Source of the DNA: Dictyostelium discoideum
Taxonomy: Eukaryota
DNA: 64,000 nucleotides
Direction: 5' to 3'
NCBI GenBank assembly: GCA_000004695.1
Contig: CM000154.2
Location: 3,488,001-3,552,000, forward strand
This document shows positions 1 through 13,703 of this stretch, one piece after another. The notes under the pieces were generated by a model. That model was not told the DNA's origin. It saw only the letters and a list, made by a program, of their open reading frames with translations, and searched no databases. Every line of letters starts with the position of its first letter. The first letter of the stretch is position 1. The translations under genes were made by a program, and so were the position numbers.

Positions 1-49
1 TTTTCATTATGCAATTATATCACCACACTGATTAATTAAATTAACTCCT

Positions 50-80
<31 letters not shown>

Positions 81-379
81 CCTCACACCAATTAATTTCA
101 ATCGCACTTTAAAGTGTTAAACACCACACATACCACATTACAAAATAGATTGTACCTGTTTTCAATCAAAAATAAGTAAAAAATTAACCAAAAAAAAAAA
201 AAAAAAAAAAAAGAAAAAAATAATTTAGAGTGATTTTATTTCTTTTTTTTTTTTTTTTTTTTTTTAATTTTAAATTTGGTTTGTTACATCATAAAAAAAC
301 AAAAAAAAAAAAAAAAGCATTATTAAAAAAAAGAATTATAATTTTACAATAAAAAAAAAAATAAATAATAAAGAATAAA

Positions 380-1241
380 ATGAAAGTTGAACCATTATTA
401 ATTACCCAACTATTTACAATAGTTATTTTAATAATATCTTTAATTAGTAAATATAAATTTTTTATTTTAATTTTATTTTATTTTTTTCTATTCAATTAAT
501 TAATATTAATATTTAAAATTATTATTATTATAATTTTATTATTATATTTTTTTTTTTCTAAAAATAGGTCCATGGCAAGAAATTAAATTTATTGTTAAAG
601 AATTAGGAAAAACAACAATTAAAGAAATTAAACATTCAATTTATAATAAACCATTATTATTTCTAAATAGTGATGGTAATAATAATAATACATCAAATAT
701 TAATTCAAGTGAATATGATAGTGAAATGTTAATATTGTTTATGATAGTATTTGTAATTACAATATTGACAATTTTCATTTACATTTTAATTACAAGATCA
801 ATCGTTAATAAAAAGCATACATCTTTACCACAAGAATTAATAGCACATACATTCCCAATGGTGATAATTGTATTTGTTGTTACTTTAGCATTCATTTCCA
901 CCAATTTTGCAGTTAAAATATGTAGCGACCAATTTTATTATGCAAATTCCACATTATCAGAATCACCGTCATCATCGTCAATAAAATGTTTTGAATTAAA
1001 AATTTCAAATATTGAATTTAATTTATTAAATATAAATACTACCACCACCACCACACCAAACACACACACCAATATAATTGAATCAACAATAAGTTCAAAA
1101 CCAATTTTCGGATATTATTTATTATTTTTATCTGTAATTACAAGTGTTATTTTATCAATAGTTCATATTATTAGATACGATTCTTTAAAGAAAAAATATA
1201 CAGAAAATCATTTCTATACAAAATTAAATAATTTTGTTTAA
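380..1241 (+). CDS. hypothetical multi-pass membrane protein, 2 exons (380..446, 568..1241), ~246 aa
   Basis: ATG at 380 sits behind an A-rich leader. Exon 1 ends in phase 1 at a GTAAAT donor (447). A 121-nt AT-rich intron ends ...aaaatag at 567. The splice restores the frame of track ORF 726..1241. Several hydrophobic helices are present (MLILFMIVFVITILTIFIYILI, MVIIVFVVTLAFI, GYYLLFLSVITSVILSIV). No family recognised. Confidence 0.45.
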
Positions 1242-1421
1242 AAATTTAAAAAAAAAAAAAATAAAAAAATTTATAAATAATATAAAATAAAATAAAATTA
1301 TAATAATTTAAATAATATTTAATTAAGGAAATCAAGATAACTTTTTTTTTTTTACCACTGTTTTCAGTTAAAGATATTCAAAAAATTGAATTTTATTATT
1401 AAATTTAATTACACTTGTTTC

Positions 1422-1454
<33 letters not shown>

Positions 1455-2134
1455 TGAATAGAAAAAAAAAATAGTTATTCACCGCATTTTTATTAATTAA
1501 TTAATTTTTTTTTTATTTTTTTTTAAAAAATGAATGATTTAATACCAAAGATTTGATTGGGTTTTTAAATTAATTTAATTATTAAAGAAATTACAATTGC
1601 TTATTGGTCAATAATTTTAAAAAAAAAAAATTAAAATAAAAATAAAAAAAAATTAAAATAAAAATAAGAACCCCATTTAGGATTCTTAAAAATAACAATT
1701 TTTCCATTATTTTTTTTTTTTAAAAAAAAGAAGAAAAAAATCTTTAAGATAATTATAGATTTTGCATTGCAACACTAAAAAATTAATAAAAATTTATTTT
1801 ATTGCACATGCTTGTGTCATGAGCCCCAAACTTTTTTTTTTTTTTAAAAAAAAATTTTCAAAAAATAGGTGTTTCATATGTTTCGTAAACCAAATATCCT
1901 TGTCGTTCAGGACAAAAAAAGATTTTTTTAATTAATTTTTTTTTTTTTTTTTTTTATTTTTGCTTTGGTTTTTTTGTTGGTTGTCATTTTTTTTATTTTT
2001 TTTTTTATTTTTGTTTTATTTTGGTTAATTTACTTATTTCAAAAATAAAAATAAATAAAATTTTATTTATTTATTTTTTTTTAATTTATACTAATAATAA
2101 AAGAATAATAAAAGAATAAATAAAATAAAAAATA

Positions 2135-2145
<11 letters not shown>

Positions 2146-2165
<20 letters not shown>

Positions 2166-2172
2166 AAGATTT

Positions 2173-2224
<52 letters not shown>
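2146..2224. repeat. two poly(A) tracts (22 and 48 nt) in the 5' flank of gene 2340
   Basis: Direct reading. Confidence 0.9.
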
Positions 2225-2226
<2 letters not shown>

Positions 2227-2339
2227 ATTTGTAAAAATAATTATTTGTATCAACAATAATTGATTCTATTTATTTTTATTTTACTTTATTTTATTTAATT
2301 TTATTTATTTAATTTTATTAAAAAAAAAAAAAAAAAAAA

Positions 2340-2832
2340 ATGAAAAACTTTAATCAAATATTTTTATTATTTATTTTAATAGCGGTTATCGCTATTGGTA
2401 AATCAAATTCAGCAAAAATCACAAGTTATTCAGTTATTAGTCAATCATATTATACCGAAAATCCAAATAATCCATCAGAAACTGGTTGTAATACTGTATT
2501 TGATTTAACATTTAATTATGAATATGGATTAAATATTATTTTCACATCAGTTGTATCAGATGAACCCAATTTGGTTTTATTATCATCAAGTACTATTGTT
2601 TCAAATTCAACTTTAAGTACATTTAGATTAACTTCAAGAATTAAAGTACCTGGGTTAGTTACTGCCACATTTACTGGAAAGTATAATACAAATACAAACT
2701 CAAAAATTAAAGGTGATATTGGAATAACATGTTTACGTATGTATTTTAAAATTAAAATAAAATAAAATAAAATAAAATAAAATACAAAATAAATACAAAA
2801 TTATATTTATTAATTAATTAATTATTTTTTTA

Positions 2833-2875
<43 letters not shown>

Positions 2876-5070
2876 CCCAAACTAACAAAGTCCAACCAAC
2901 ACCAACTGACTTACATATTTCTGTACCAAGCAATCAATCAACTCCAATTAATAGAAAAGGACAAAATACTTTTGATGTTGCAATTTTAGTTGGCCAACCA
3001 CCAACAGACTCACTTAATTTTAAAATTAAAAATGAAGTATCATCACCATTCACATTATCATATGATCAATTTTCAAATAATAAGTTTATACTAAAATTTG
3101 AACTTGAATATCCAACACAAATAACTGATAATCCATCAATTGAAATTGAACCACAATCAACAAGTGGTTCAACTATTACAAAGTATAAAACATTTTTTGT
3201 TTATCCATTAATTAAAAGTAAGTTTATAAAATTTTTATTTTTATTTTTTTATTTTATACATATTTTATTAATTTTTAATTCTTTTTAGAATCATTAAATA
3301 GTAATTTTATAAATGGAGCAATTTATCCAACATCATCTAGTACAATTGAATCCAAAGAAGTCTTTGCATATTCAACATTTCAATCTTTATCTGATGATGG
3401 AGAATCAGTACCAACATTTTTTGATGGATTAGGATCAATGAGTGTTGCTTTTCCAGTTGGAAGTTCTTCATCAAATTCAAATTTTTTAGCAATAATTAAA
3501 CCAATTAGGTCTTCATCTTATTCAAATTTAACATTATTATTAACAAATGAAAATTTAGTAGTTTCTGAATTTAAACCATGGAGTAAGTTTGTTTTATTTT
3601 AAAAATAATAATTAATATTAATATTAATTTTTATAATTTTTTATTTTAAAATTGTAAAAAAAAAAAAAAAAAAAAAAAAAAGTCGAATCAAAAACTTTAA
3701 CATTTGACAATAATAATTCTCCAATAGTTATTGGAAATTATTATTTCTCAAAATTATCATGGGCAGATGCTACAACAGGATTACCAATTGATTATAAGAT
3801 AGATACATTATCAAAAAGTGTTGAACAAAAATATATGCCATATTGGTGTATTGAGTCATTTAATTCAGCAACTTATCAAACTACATTTTCACATTCTTTA
3901 ATGGTACCAAATGGATTTGAAGCATCAACTTTCAATTTAATGGGTGTTACATTCTTTAATAAAACATCACATATTAGTTATACAAGTTTACCAAATTCAA
4001 TTAATTCTCAGCCACCAGTTATCACTGATATCATATTAAAAAGTTCATCTAAAGTTCTTGGATTTTCAATAACAAGTGATCAAACATTTAGTCATTTAAT
4101 CATTAATGATAAATTAATAATGACTGCAATTAATATTGTAAATGGTAATTTAAAAAATGGTTACTTTGAATTATCAATTAATAATAATTTCATAAAATCA
4201 ATGTCAAAATCACCATTCACTATTAAAACTTGTAATGTTTTATTTAGTTGTTCAGAATTTCAATATAATTCAACAGATTATAATACTCAATTTCCAAGTT
4301 TATCTTTACCACAATGTAAATTATAAATTTTATATAATTTTTATTTTTTTAAAAAAAGATTATTTTATTAATATATATTTTTATTTTATTTTTTATTTTT
4401 TTAGATGAAAAATTATCATTTAGTGATATAAAATCAATTAGTTTCTTAAAAAATGATATTAATACTACAAATTCAATAATTAATAATTCAATTTATTTAG
4501 AAAGTGATTCAATAAATTCATTGGAGGCAGATACAATATTATTTAAATTGGATGATTATAATCATAATGAATTTAAAGCATTTAGTTGGAATTCTCAATT
4601 GAATTTATTCCAATGTAATTTTAGTATACCAGCAAATTATTATTCAGGTTTAATTTTTTATTCAATTTTATTTGATGATTATGAATATAGTTATTCAAGT
4701 TTGTTGAGTTTATTTGGACCAAGTTCAACAACATTAAGAGTTTCATCCACTACTCCTGATATGATGCCACCAATCGTTGCTTCAGTAACATCAAAACCAA
4801 GTACAACAATTGTATTAAGTTCAAGTAATTATCAACAAAATGAATTTGGTTGGGATATTGTTATTGAAGAGGGTGTTAATGGATTTGATCATGGTGAATT
4901 CAATATAACTAGTAAATTCGATACAATTGGTTACCAATTTAAATTTACTCAATCAGATTTAGTTAATGGTAATTTACTTAAAATTAGAATTAAACAACCA
5001 GATATTGTTTGTTTAACACAAGAATATTCAATTACATCTGCTTATTTAGTTGATAAACAAGGTTATAAAA

Positions 5071-5113
<43 letters not shown>

Positions 5114-7445
5114 TAAATCATCTAAATCAGAGATCTCTGCATTATTCAAAGTTTCAAATTCAAACCAATTAACAATTAAAGTTCAATGTCCAGATAGTAA
5201 TGGTAGTGGTTATAATAGTACAAATATTGATTCTATTCTACCTTATTTATCATCATTTTCAATTAATTCAAATATTAGTTATATGGATATTCAAAATCAA
5301 GTTTTATCAATTGCTTTCCAAATTAAAGATAATGAAAGTGGTTTATCCACTAGACATAATCCAACTATTTACTTGGAAGATACACTTGGTAATATTATTT
5401 TTAGTACAGTTGGTAGTGGTATGGTTGTATTGGAAAGTAGCTCACATTCAAGATCTTATAAATGTAATATTACATTACCATTTGGTTTTGGTTTCCCTGG
5501 TGGTGTTTCAGTTTCAATCTATGGTATTGTAGATAAATTTATGAATGCCAAAGGTTATAGTTCAACAAGTTTAAAACAAACCGTTGACATTATTAATGGT
5601 GGTGATACTTCAAAATTCAATCCAATCGTTGATACACCATACAATGAAACTTCTCCATTAGCACCATATATCCCTCAACCAATTTATAATTCACAATCAA
5701 AAACTTTACAATTTGTTATTTATGGTTCATTTGTTGGCTTAAAACCAAGTGATATCATTGTTAAAGTTTCAAAAAAGAAATCAACAACAAATACTCCAAT
5801 TTTAATAAGAACTTTATTATCAAATAGTGATGATAGTGATGATGGTGATTTCCCTTACACTGTAGTTGAAATGACAGATTCTAAAGTTGTTTTAAATGTT
5901 AATATTACTGATGCAGCTAATGATTTAGATGCTGAATCTTTAGATGTTAGTTTTTTAATTGGTGATCAAACTCCAATTCTTTACAATATTGAAAATCCAG
6001 CTATTGTCACAACTTCTGGTGCTTCTTCAACCTCTCTAACAACAGTAACAACAGGCACTTCTCAAACAACAAGTACTTCTCAAACAACGGGTGGCACTAC
6101 CAATGGTGCTTCAACTACTGATGGTTCAGCAACTGGTGATTCTACAACATCAGCATCAACAGTAACAACATCACCAACCTCAACTACTGATGGCAGTCAA
6201 ACAACATCACCAACCTCAACTACTGATGGCAGTCAAACAACATCACCAACCTCTACCTCGGGTGATTCTACAACATCAGCATCTACAACAACACCAACTT
6301 CAACTACAACAGGTGGTTCATCTACTGCAACATCAACATCAAGTGGTGGGTCATCATCAACATCAACATCAACATCATCATCATCATCATCAGTTCCAGA
6401 TTGTTCAAGTTTATCAAATTGTGGTGGTTCAAGTCAAGGTAATTGTGTTGCAGATAATACATGTAGTTGTATTAACTCATGGATTGGAGTAGATTGTAAT
6501 TCTAAACCATTAAAAGGTGTATCAATAAATGTTAATCCAAATGCACCAAGTGCTTCATTAGATCAAGATGATGGATCAGGTGTTAAATTATCAAGTTTAA
6601 TTAATCTTTACCAAATTAGAGAAATTGATTCAGTTACAAATAAAATAATTTATCAATATGATTTACAAGATAAATGGGTACCAGTAAAACAAGCATCACC
6701 AATACCAAATACATTTATTTATTCAAATACATTATCAAATGCTAAAAGTTCAGTTATTTATGCAAAAATTGCAATTTATGATAAACAATCAACATTTGAA
6801 TTTGCAGGTCAACAATATTCAATTAATCCAAATTCAATTAAATTTACAATTAATATTACAAATTATAAAGTTGATAATGTATTAAATAATTTAGAATTGA
6901 TTATGCAAGCACAATTAAATTCATCACAAACTGATGATATTTGTTCAAAGAAAGAAGTTGTCAAAGGAAGTGGTTCAGATCAATTATCAGTTCAATTAAA
7001 TAATAAATCATTATATTGTAGATTTTTAAATAGTGCATTATTAGATGGAGTTACAGTTGTCAATAATTTAACTCATGTAGATTTAAATTCAGAACTTCAA
7101 GCATTGGTTGAACCAAATTCTGGTCAATATTACTATGGTATTGTTTTACCAGTTTTTGAAAACTTTGTTTTAATAGACCCAGATTTTTCTTTACTTTTAC
7201 AATCGAATTCAGTTTCAAGTGAAGATGGTTTATGTACAGGTGGTGGAGGTAGTGTAAAAGTATTAAATGGTGGACAAATAGCTGGTATTGTTATTGGTGG
7301 TGTTGCTTTCGTTGCGATTGCTGGTATTGCTATCTCTACCTTTGTTTTTAGAACTCATCGTTTCAGTTCAATGACAATGTCAATCAGAAGTTGGAATGCT
7401 AAAAGACGTCATTCAAAATCTTTCAAATTAAAGAATTTCCAATAA
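2340..7445 (+). CDS. large type-I surface glycoprotein (~1563 aa), 5 exons: 2340..2736, 2891..3217, 3289..3582, 3683..4315, 4405..7445. Signal peptide, large ectodomain, Ser/Thr-rich mucin-like linker, EGF-like Cys module, one TM helix, short basic tail
   Basis: Track ORFs 2340.., 3835.., 4521..7445 join with phase-consistent splices. The donors are GTATGT 2737, GTAAGT 3218, GTAAGT 3583 and GTAAAT 4316. The acceptors are ..caaag 2890, ..tttttag 3288, ..aaaag 3682 and ..ttttag 4404. Total CDS is 4692 nt, divisible by 3. N-terminus MKNFNQIFLLFILIAVIAIG looks like a signal peptide. The module PDCSSLSNCGGSSQGNCVADNTCSCINSWIGVDC is EGF-like. The segment GIVIGGVAFVAIAGIAISTFVF is a TM helix followed by the tail RTHRFSS..KRRHSK. 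Family uncertain; it may be IPT/EGF-type adhesion-like. Confidence 0.6.
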
Positions 7446-7798
7446 AAAAAAAAAAAAAATAAGAATTTAAAAAAAAAAAAAAACAATCAAAAAATATTTT
7501 ATTTCTTTTTTCTTTTTTTTTTTTTTTTTTTAATTTTAATATAAAAATCTAAAAAAGAAAATATTGCGTAATAAATTTTATTTTTTTTAATTTTTTTTTT
7601 TTTTTGATAATTTTACAAGGCATGAAAGAATTTGTGATTTCAGTATGAGAGTTTTCGATTAGAAGATATTTTATTTTATTTTTCTTTATTTTTATTTTTA
7701 TTTTTTTTTTTTAAACTTTTTTTTTTTTTAAAACTATTTTTATTACACACCCTCGCTCATCGAAAAATAAAAAAAGAGAAAAAAATTAAAAAATAAAA

Positions 7799-8641
7799 AT
7801 GAAACAAATAATATTTTTATTTTTTTCATTATTATTATTTAATTGTTTTTTAAAAACAAATGGAGACTTTCAAGTTTTAAATCAAACAACAGTTTCCACA
7901 ACATCAATGTATTATAATATGGGAAGTGTAATAGGATGTTACACAACAATTTTAATAGAAATCCCATTCAATTCAACTTTTGGTCAAATCAAAAAATTTA
8001 CAGTTTTTGCAAGTGAATCAAATACATTTAGAATTCAATCAGCAATACCATTGAATCAAGATACTTATAAAATTGATGGCACTATTTTAAATTTAGGTTC
8101 CTATTCAATTTCTTTAAATGGTAGTTATGCGAATAATGCCACAGAAAAAATAACCCCAATTGATCTAACATGTAGTGGTAAATATATTCATTTTTTTATT
8201 TTTTATTTTCTATTTTTATTTTCATTTTTTCTATTTTTTAAAGCTTTGCAATTGAAATTCTAAACAATATTTAACTTTTTAAAAAAATTAGATGCACCAA
8301 ATATTACAGACTTAGGAATTGTTTTACCAAGTGAATCAATTCCAATTAGTAGATATGGTGAATATTTATTTGAAGTACCAGTCATTGTTCCCGCTCTTAC
8401 AGAATCAGATTCAATAGAATTATCATTTGCTTTAAATGAGTCTTCTCCATTCAAAATTTTCTACGAACAAATATCAACAAACTTTTTCATTTTAAGATTT
8501 AAACTTAATGATCCTTCATTAATATCATTTCAAGGTCCATTGGAGATTACTCCACAAAATCTCAATAGTGGTGTAATTATAAAAAGCTATACATCATTCA
8601 TAGTCTATCCAAATGTTGGTGGTATGTATTTATTTATTTAC

Positions 8642-8684
<43 letters not shown>

Positions 8685-11600
8685 TTTTAATTAACACCTT
8701 TTTTTCTGGGAAAAAAAAAGTTTCAAGTGAATCTCAATTCAGTAGTATTTATTTCTACCCAGATTATAACGGTGAAACAACATCAGAATACTTTGGATAT
8801 GTAACATTTGATGTTTTAAATGATGATAGAGCTATAGTACCAGGTGTAACAAATAATTTATTAAATTTGGATACTTCAGAGAAAATGGATTTTGGTGTTG
8901 CTTTTCCAGTTGGCTACAATGGAACACATTCTCAATTTATGGGAATTATTGAACCAGGTAGAAAAGCTTCATTCTATTGGTACCTTGCTTCAACTGATAA
9001 TTCAGATATTTTACATACTAGATTTGTTCCAAAGAGTAACTATTTCTTTATTTCTTTTTATTTTATTATTATTATTATTTTAAAAAAAAAAACTAATTTA
9101 ATAATTTAAATTATATAGGGGATGTTAGACCTGTACCAATATCCACATCAGCTCAAGAACTTAATTATTGTCGTATTGGTATAATTGTTGTTGGAGATCA
9201 ATCTTTTGATTATACAATGCCTACAATCTATAAGTTTTCAACCAATAATGGAGATTTCCATGAATATATTCCATATTGGAGTGTAGATAGTTTTTATTCA
9301 AATACCAGTATCACAAGTATTTCACATGAATTAATTCTTCCAGCTGGTTACTACAATCCAACATTTAAAATGTATGCATCAATTTTAAATTATGATGATA
9401 CTGTTAGTTTACAAGTTCCAGGATCACCTGTTCCACCACTTGGTAATAGAGCACCGCCAACTGTTTTAGATATAGAATTAATTTCACCAACTGGTATTTT
9501 ATCAAACTTTTATATTTTAAGATTTAAAGTACAATCAGATTATTCAGAATTCCATCATTTAGATATTAATGGTAAAAAGGTATATGCAATTAATATAGTT
9601 TCAGGAAGTTTAAGTCAAGGATCCATAGGTTACTATGAAATCAATGTAAATTATACTTTTATAAAATCATTATCAAATTCTTTCACAATTAGCGCATGTG
9701 GTATTTTCCTTGATTGTCAAACCAATCAATATTTCCCACAATTATTAAATCCATTCCCAAGTTTACAATTACCTCATAATAATCTTATCACTGTTTATAA
9801 TATCACATATATAAATTTTAAATATAATAATTTAAATACAACAAATACCTCTAGAAATAATATTATTTATTTGAAGATAAATGGTTTAAGTGGATCGGGT
9901 GATGCTGAAACTATTCAATTTAAATTAGATATTTATGATGATTATTTACCATTCACATGGAATTCATTGTTATCTATGTTCCAATGTAATTTTAAGATTC
10001 CAGGAAATTATTATTCAGGTAATGTTGGTTACTCAATAATATTGGGTAGTAATAGTTTTAGTTATTCAAGTGTTTTTATTGCAACTGGTTCAAATTCAAC
10101 ATTGAATGTAACTTCATTAAAATCTGATATGTTACCTCCTATAATTAATTATATCCAAGCCTATCCAACAACTAATATTTATTTAGATCCTTATAATTCA
10201 TCATTAAATATTTTTGGATGGGATCTTGAAATTGAAGAAGGTGTTAATGGATTTGATCATGGCGAAGTCAATATTACAAGTGCTTATGATAAAGTTGGTT
10301 TCACCTTTAAATTTAACTCTTCAGATTTAATCGATGGTTATATTATTGAAATTAGAATTAATCATACTGAGATGGTATGTTTAGACCAAGCCTATTCAAT
10401 TACATCAGTTTACTTGGTTGATAAACAAGGTTATGAAACATCAAGATCATCTCAATATCAATCAGTTTCGGCATTATTTAAAGTGGCAGCATCTGATCAA
10501 TTATTAATTTATGTTCAATGTTCAAATGATAATGGTATTGGATATAATAGTACACATCCAGATGTCATTACTCCATTTATTTATAGTTTTTTCTTAGATT
10601 CTGGTTTATTTGACATCCAACTTGATTATGGTTCACCTTCTTCTAATAAAACTGTTATTGCAACACTAAGTATAGAAGATTCTGAGAGTGGTTTATCAAG
10701 TAGACACCATCCAACTATTTACCTTCAAGATGTTTTCGGTACTTTGATATCAATATCCATAGGAAATGGTATGACAGTTGTTGATGATACTGTATTTACA
10801 AGAACCTATTCATGTATTTTCACTATTCCATTTGGCTTTGGTTACCCAGCTGGTGCATCAATTGCAGTCTATGGTATTGTTGATAGATTTATGAATACAA
10901 GAGGTTATAATCATTACTCTTTATTTTATGATATCGGTAGAGGAACTGTCTCACCTTTTATATCCACTTCTTATTCATTGGCTCCTAGTATTGTAAATAT
11001 GGTTCCAACATTTGATCCAGATTATAAAAGTGCACAATTTATTATCTATGGTTCATTCCTTGGTTTGGTTTCTTCCGATGTTCAATTAACTATTGAATAT
11101 ATTAGTGAATCTTCACAATCTTCTTCACAAGATTCTCAATCACAAGAATTTACCTTAAGCCCAAGAAATATTTTATCAACCACAACAACTACAGTTCCAT
11201 TCACTGTTTCTTCAATTTTTGGTAATTTGATAGCAATTTCTGTTAATCTACAAAATGCAATATCCAGACAAATTCAAATCCAATTAAATGTTGCTGGACA
11301 ACCATCAAATGTTTATAACTTTATTTTACCATCAGAGGTAATAGATTCAACATCTACATCAGGTATTTCAACAACAACAACAGCTACTACTACTACAACA
11401 ACCCAAGATTCAACAAGTGGATCAGCTACTTCAGGTGGTGGTTCAACTACAACCGGTGGTGGTTCTTCTACTACTTCCACAACAACTGGTACTTCTGGTC
11501 CAGATTGTTCAAAATTATCAAATTGTGGTGGCTCAAGTCAGGGTAATTGTGTTGCAGATAATACATGTAGTTGTATTAACTCATGGATTGGAGTAGATTG

Positions 11601-12546
11601 TAATTCTAAACCATTAAAAGGTGTATCAATAAATGTTAATCCAAATGCACCAAGTGCTTCATTAGATCAAGATGATGGATCAGGTGTTAAATTATCAAGT
11701 TTAATTAATCTTTACCAAATTAGAGAAATTGATTCAGTTACAAATAAAATAATTTATCAATATGATTTACAAGATAAATGGGTACCAGTAAAACAAGCAT
11801 CACCAATACCAAATACATTTATTTATTCAAATACATTATCAAATGCTAAAAGTTCAGTTATTTATGCAAAAATTGCAATTTATGATAAACAATCAACATT
11901 TGAATTTGCAGGTCAACAATATTCAATTAATCCAAATTCAATTAAATTTACAATTAATATTACAAATTATAAAGTTGATAATGTATTAAATAATTTAGAA
12001 TTGATTATGCAAGCACAATTAAATTCATCACAAACTGATGATATTTGTTCAAAGAAAGAAGTTGTCAAAGGAAGTGGTTCAGATCAATTATCAGTTCAAT
12101 TAAATAATAAATCATTATATTGTAGATTTTTAAATAGTGCATTATTAGATGGAGTTACAGTTGTCAAAAATTTAACTCATGTAAATTTAAATTCAGAATT
12201 TCAAGCATTGGTTGAGCCAAATTCTGGTCAATACTTTTATGGTATTGTTTTACCAACCTTTAACGATTATATAATTTTGGATCCAGATTTTTCTTTACTT
12301 TTACAATCATCTACGATCTCAAGTGACGATGGAGGAGTTTGTTCAAGCTCAAGTAGTAAAAAATTCCCAGTAGGTGCAATAGTTGGTATTGTTGTTGGTG
12401 GTGTTGCTTTCATTGTTGTTATAGCGATAGTTATTTCAACAATACTATTTAGAAGACATCGTTTCAGTTCTGTTACAATGAAACTTAGAACTTGGAACTC
12501 TAAAAGACGTTCAAAATCAAAATCATATAATTTAAAGAATTTTTAG
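7799..12546 (+). CDS. paralog of the upstream surface glycoprotein (~1483 aa), 4 exons: 7799..8177, 8292..8621, 8721..9035, 9119..12546
   Basis: ATG 7799 with signal peptide MKQIIFLFFSLLLFNCFL. Donors are GTAAAT 8178, GTATGT 8622 and GTAACT 9036. Acceptors are ..ttag 8291, ..aaaag 8720 and ..atag 9118. All phases are consistent, and the CDS is 4452 nt. Architecture matches gene 2340..7445 (VNGFDHGE motif, S/T-rich linker, identical EGF-like module, TM VGIVVGGVAFIVVIAIVISTILF, tail RRHRFSS). The first three intron positions are shared with the paralog. Track ORF 8260..8454(-) is antisense to exon 2 and spurious. Confidence 0.6.
8626..8688. repeat. (TTTA)n microsatellite inside intron 2 of gene 7799..12546
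   Basis: Direct reading. It creates the poly-LFIY stretch in track ORF 8540..9109. Confidence 0.9.
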
Positions 12547-12582
12547 ACAATAAACTGTAAAATTATTAATATCATTTAACTG

Positions 12583-12616
<34 letters not shown>

Positions 12617-12700
12617 CTTTAAAAATGTTTTTTAAATTTATTTTTTTAAATTTTTAATTATAAATAGAAAGAGGTGATTGAATTGATTTTGTTTTTTTGG

Positions 12701-13546
12701 TTATTGGTGTAAATTTAATGGTTTTTTCCAAGCATTATTTGAACCATCTTTAATATCAATTTTCTTGGAATTGAATAATTCTTCATCCATGTTATCAATT
12801 TTATCTTGATGAGTTACACCATTAAAGTTTTTTGATAATTTAATTAATGGCTCAGAATAGTTAACTTCCTTTTTTTCAACAAAATTATCACTTAATCTTT
12901 CCATTGTTGCTTGGATTTTATTTGGACCATTGTTTTGGAAACCACGGTTATAACTTCCTGCTTTAACCATTAAATAACCGAGTGCTGGTTTAATAATATT
13001 AAAGTAACCATAATTGGCTAATGGAATATTTTGAATTACACTTTCCAAATCTGTAATTTCTTCAAACTAAATTATATTATTAAAAAAAAAAAAAAAAGAA
13101 AAAAAAGAGAAAAAGAAAAAAAAATTATTAATTAATTTTATTTTTAATTAATATATAATATTATTTTTTTATTTATTTAATTTTTTTTTAAAATTTATTA
13201 TTTATCTTTTACTTACTTTTGTGATTTTATTTTCTTTATTTTTATGTATATTAATAATCATTCTATAATTAAATTTAACAAATGGTAAAATGTTAAAAGT
13301 AATTTCTTGTTGAGTATTTAAAACAATGCAGTGACTTGAATGAGTATAATTATATTTTGAAATTTTAATATCTTTTGCATAGAAACCAATTGCTTTAAAT
13401 ATTTCATGAATTGCTTCAATACCTTTTACTTTAAAACTTGGAATATTAAATGCTTCAAACTCGCAGTCCTCTGCAAAGTTTTTATCAATTAAATCCAAAT
13501 TTGGGTGGACTGTGTATAATTTAATAATATCATTAATTTCAACCAT
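12701..13546 (-). CDS. hypothetical protein, 231 aa, 2 exons (13546..13217, 13066..12701)
   Basis: ATG at 13546 (MVEINDII) sits behind an A-rich leader. Exon 1 ends in phase 0 after ..KENKITK at a GTAAGT donor (minus, 13216..13211). A 150-nt intron follows. The acceptor is tttag, and exon 2 starts FEEITDLESV. The track 'M' at 13048 is a TTG codon inside exon 2. Non-low-complexity sequence; family not recognised. Confidence 0.5.
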
Positions 13547-13654
13547 TTTTTTTTTTATATATATATACAATATTTAAATACTAAATGAATATATAATAAT
13601 TAATTTATTTTGAAAAAAAAATTGATTATGTTTTATTTTTATTTTTAGAAAAAT

Positions 13655-13703
<49 letters not shown>

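Noticed and set aside
5200-6492. Track ORFs 5200..5532 and 6190..6492 inside the large surface-protein gene
   Set aside because: These are alternative frames of the same strand within a well-supported exon. Their products are low-complexity (poly-H/Q, poly-V/L).
8260-8454. ORF 8260..8454(-)
   Set aside because: Antisense to exon 2 of gene 7799..12546, whose sense frame splices cleanly and matches the paralog.
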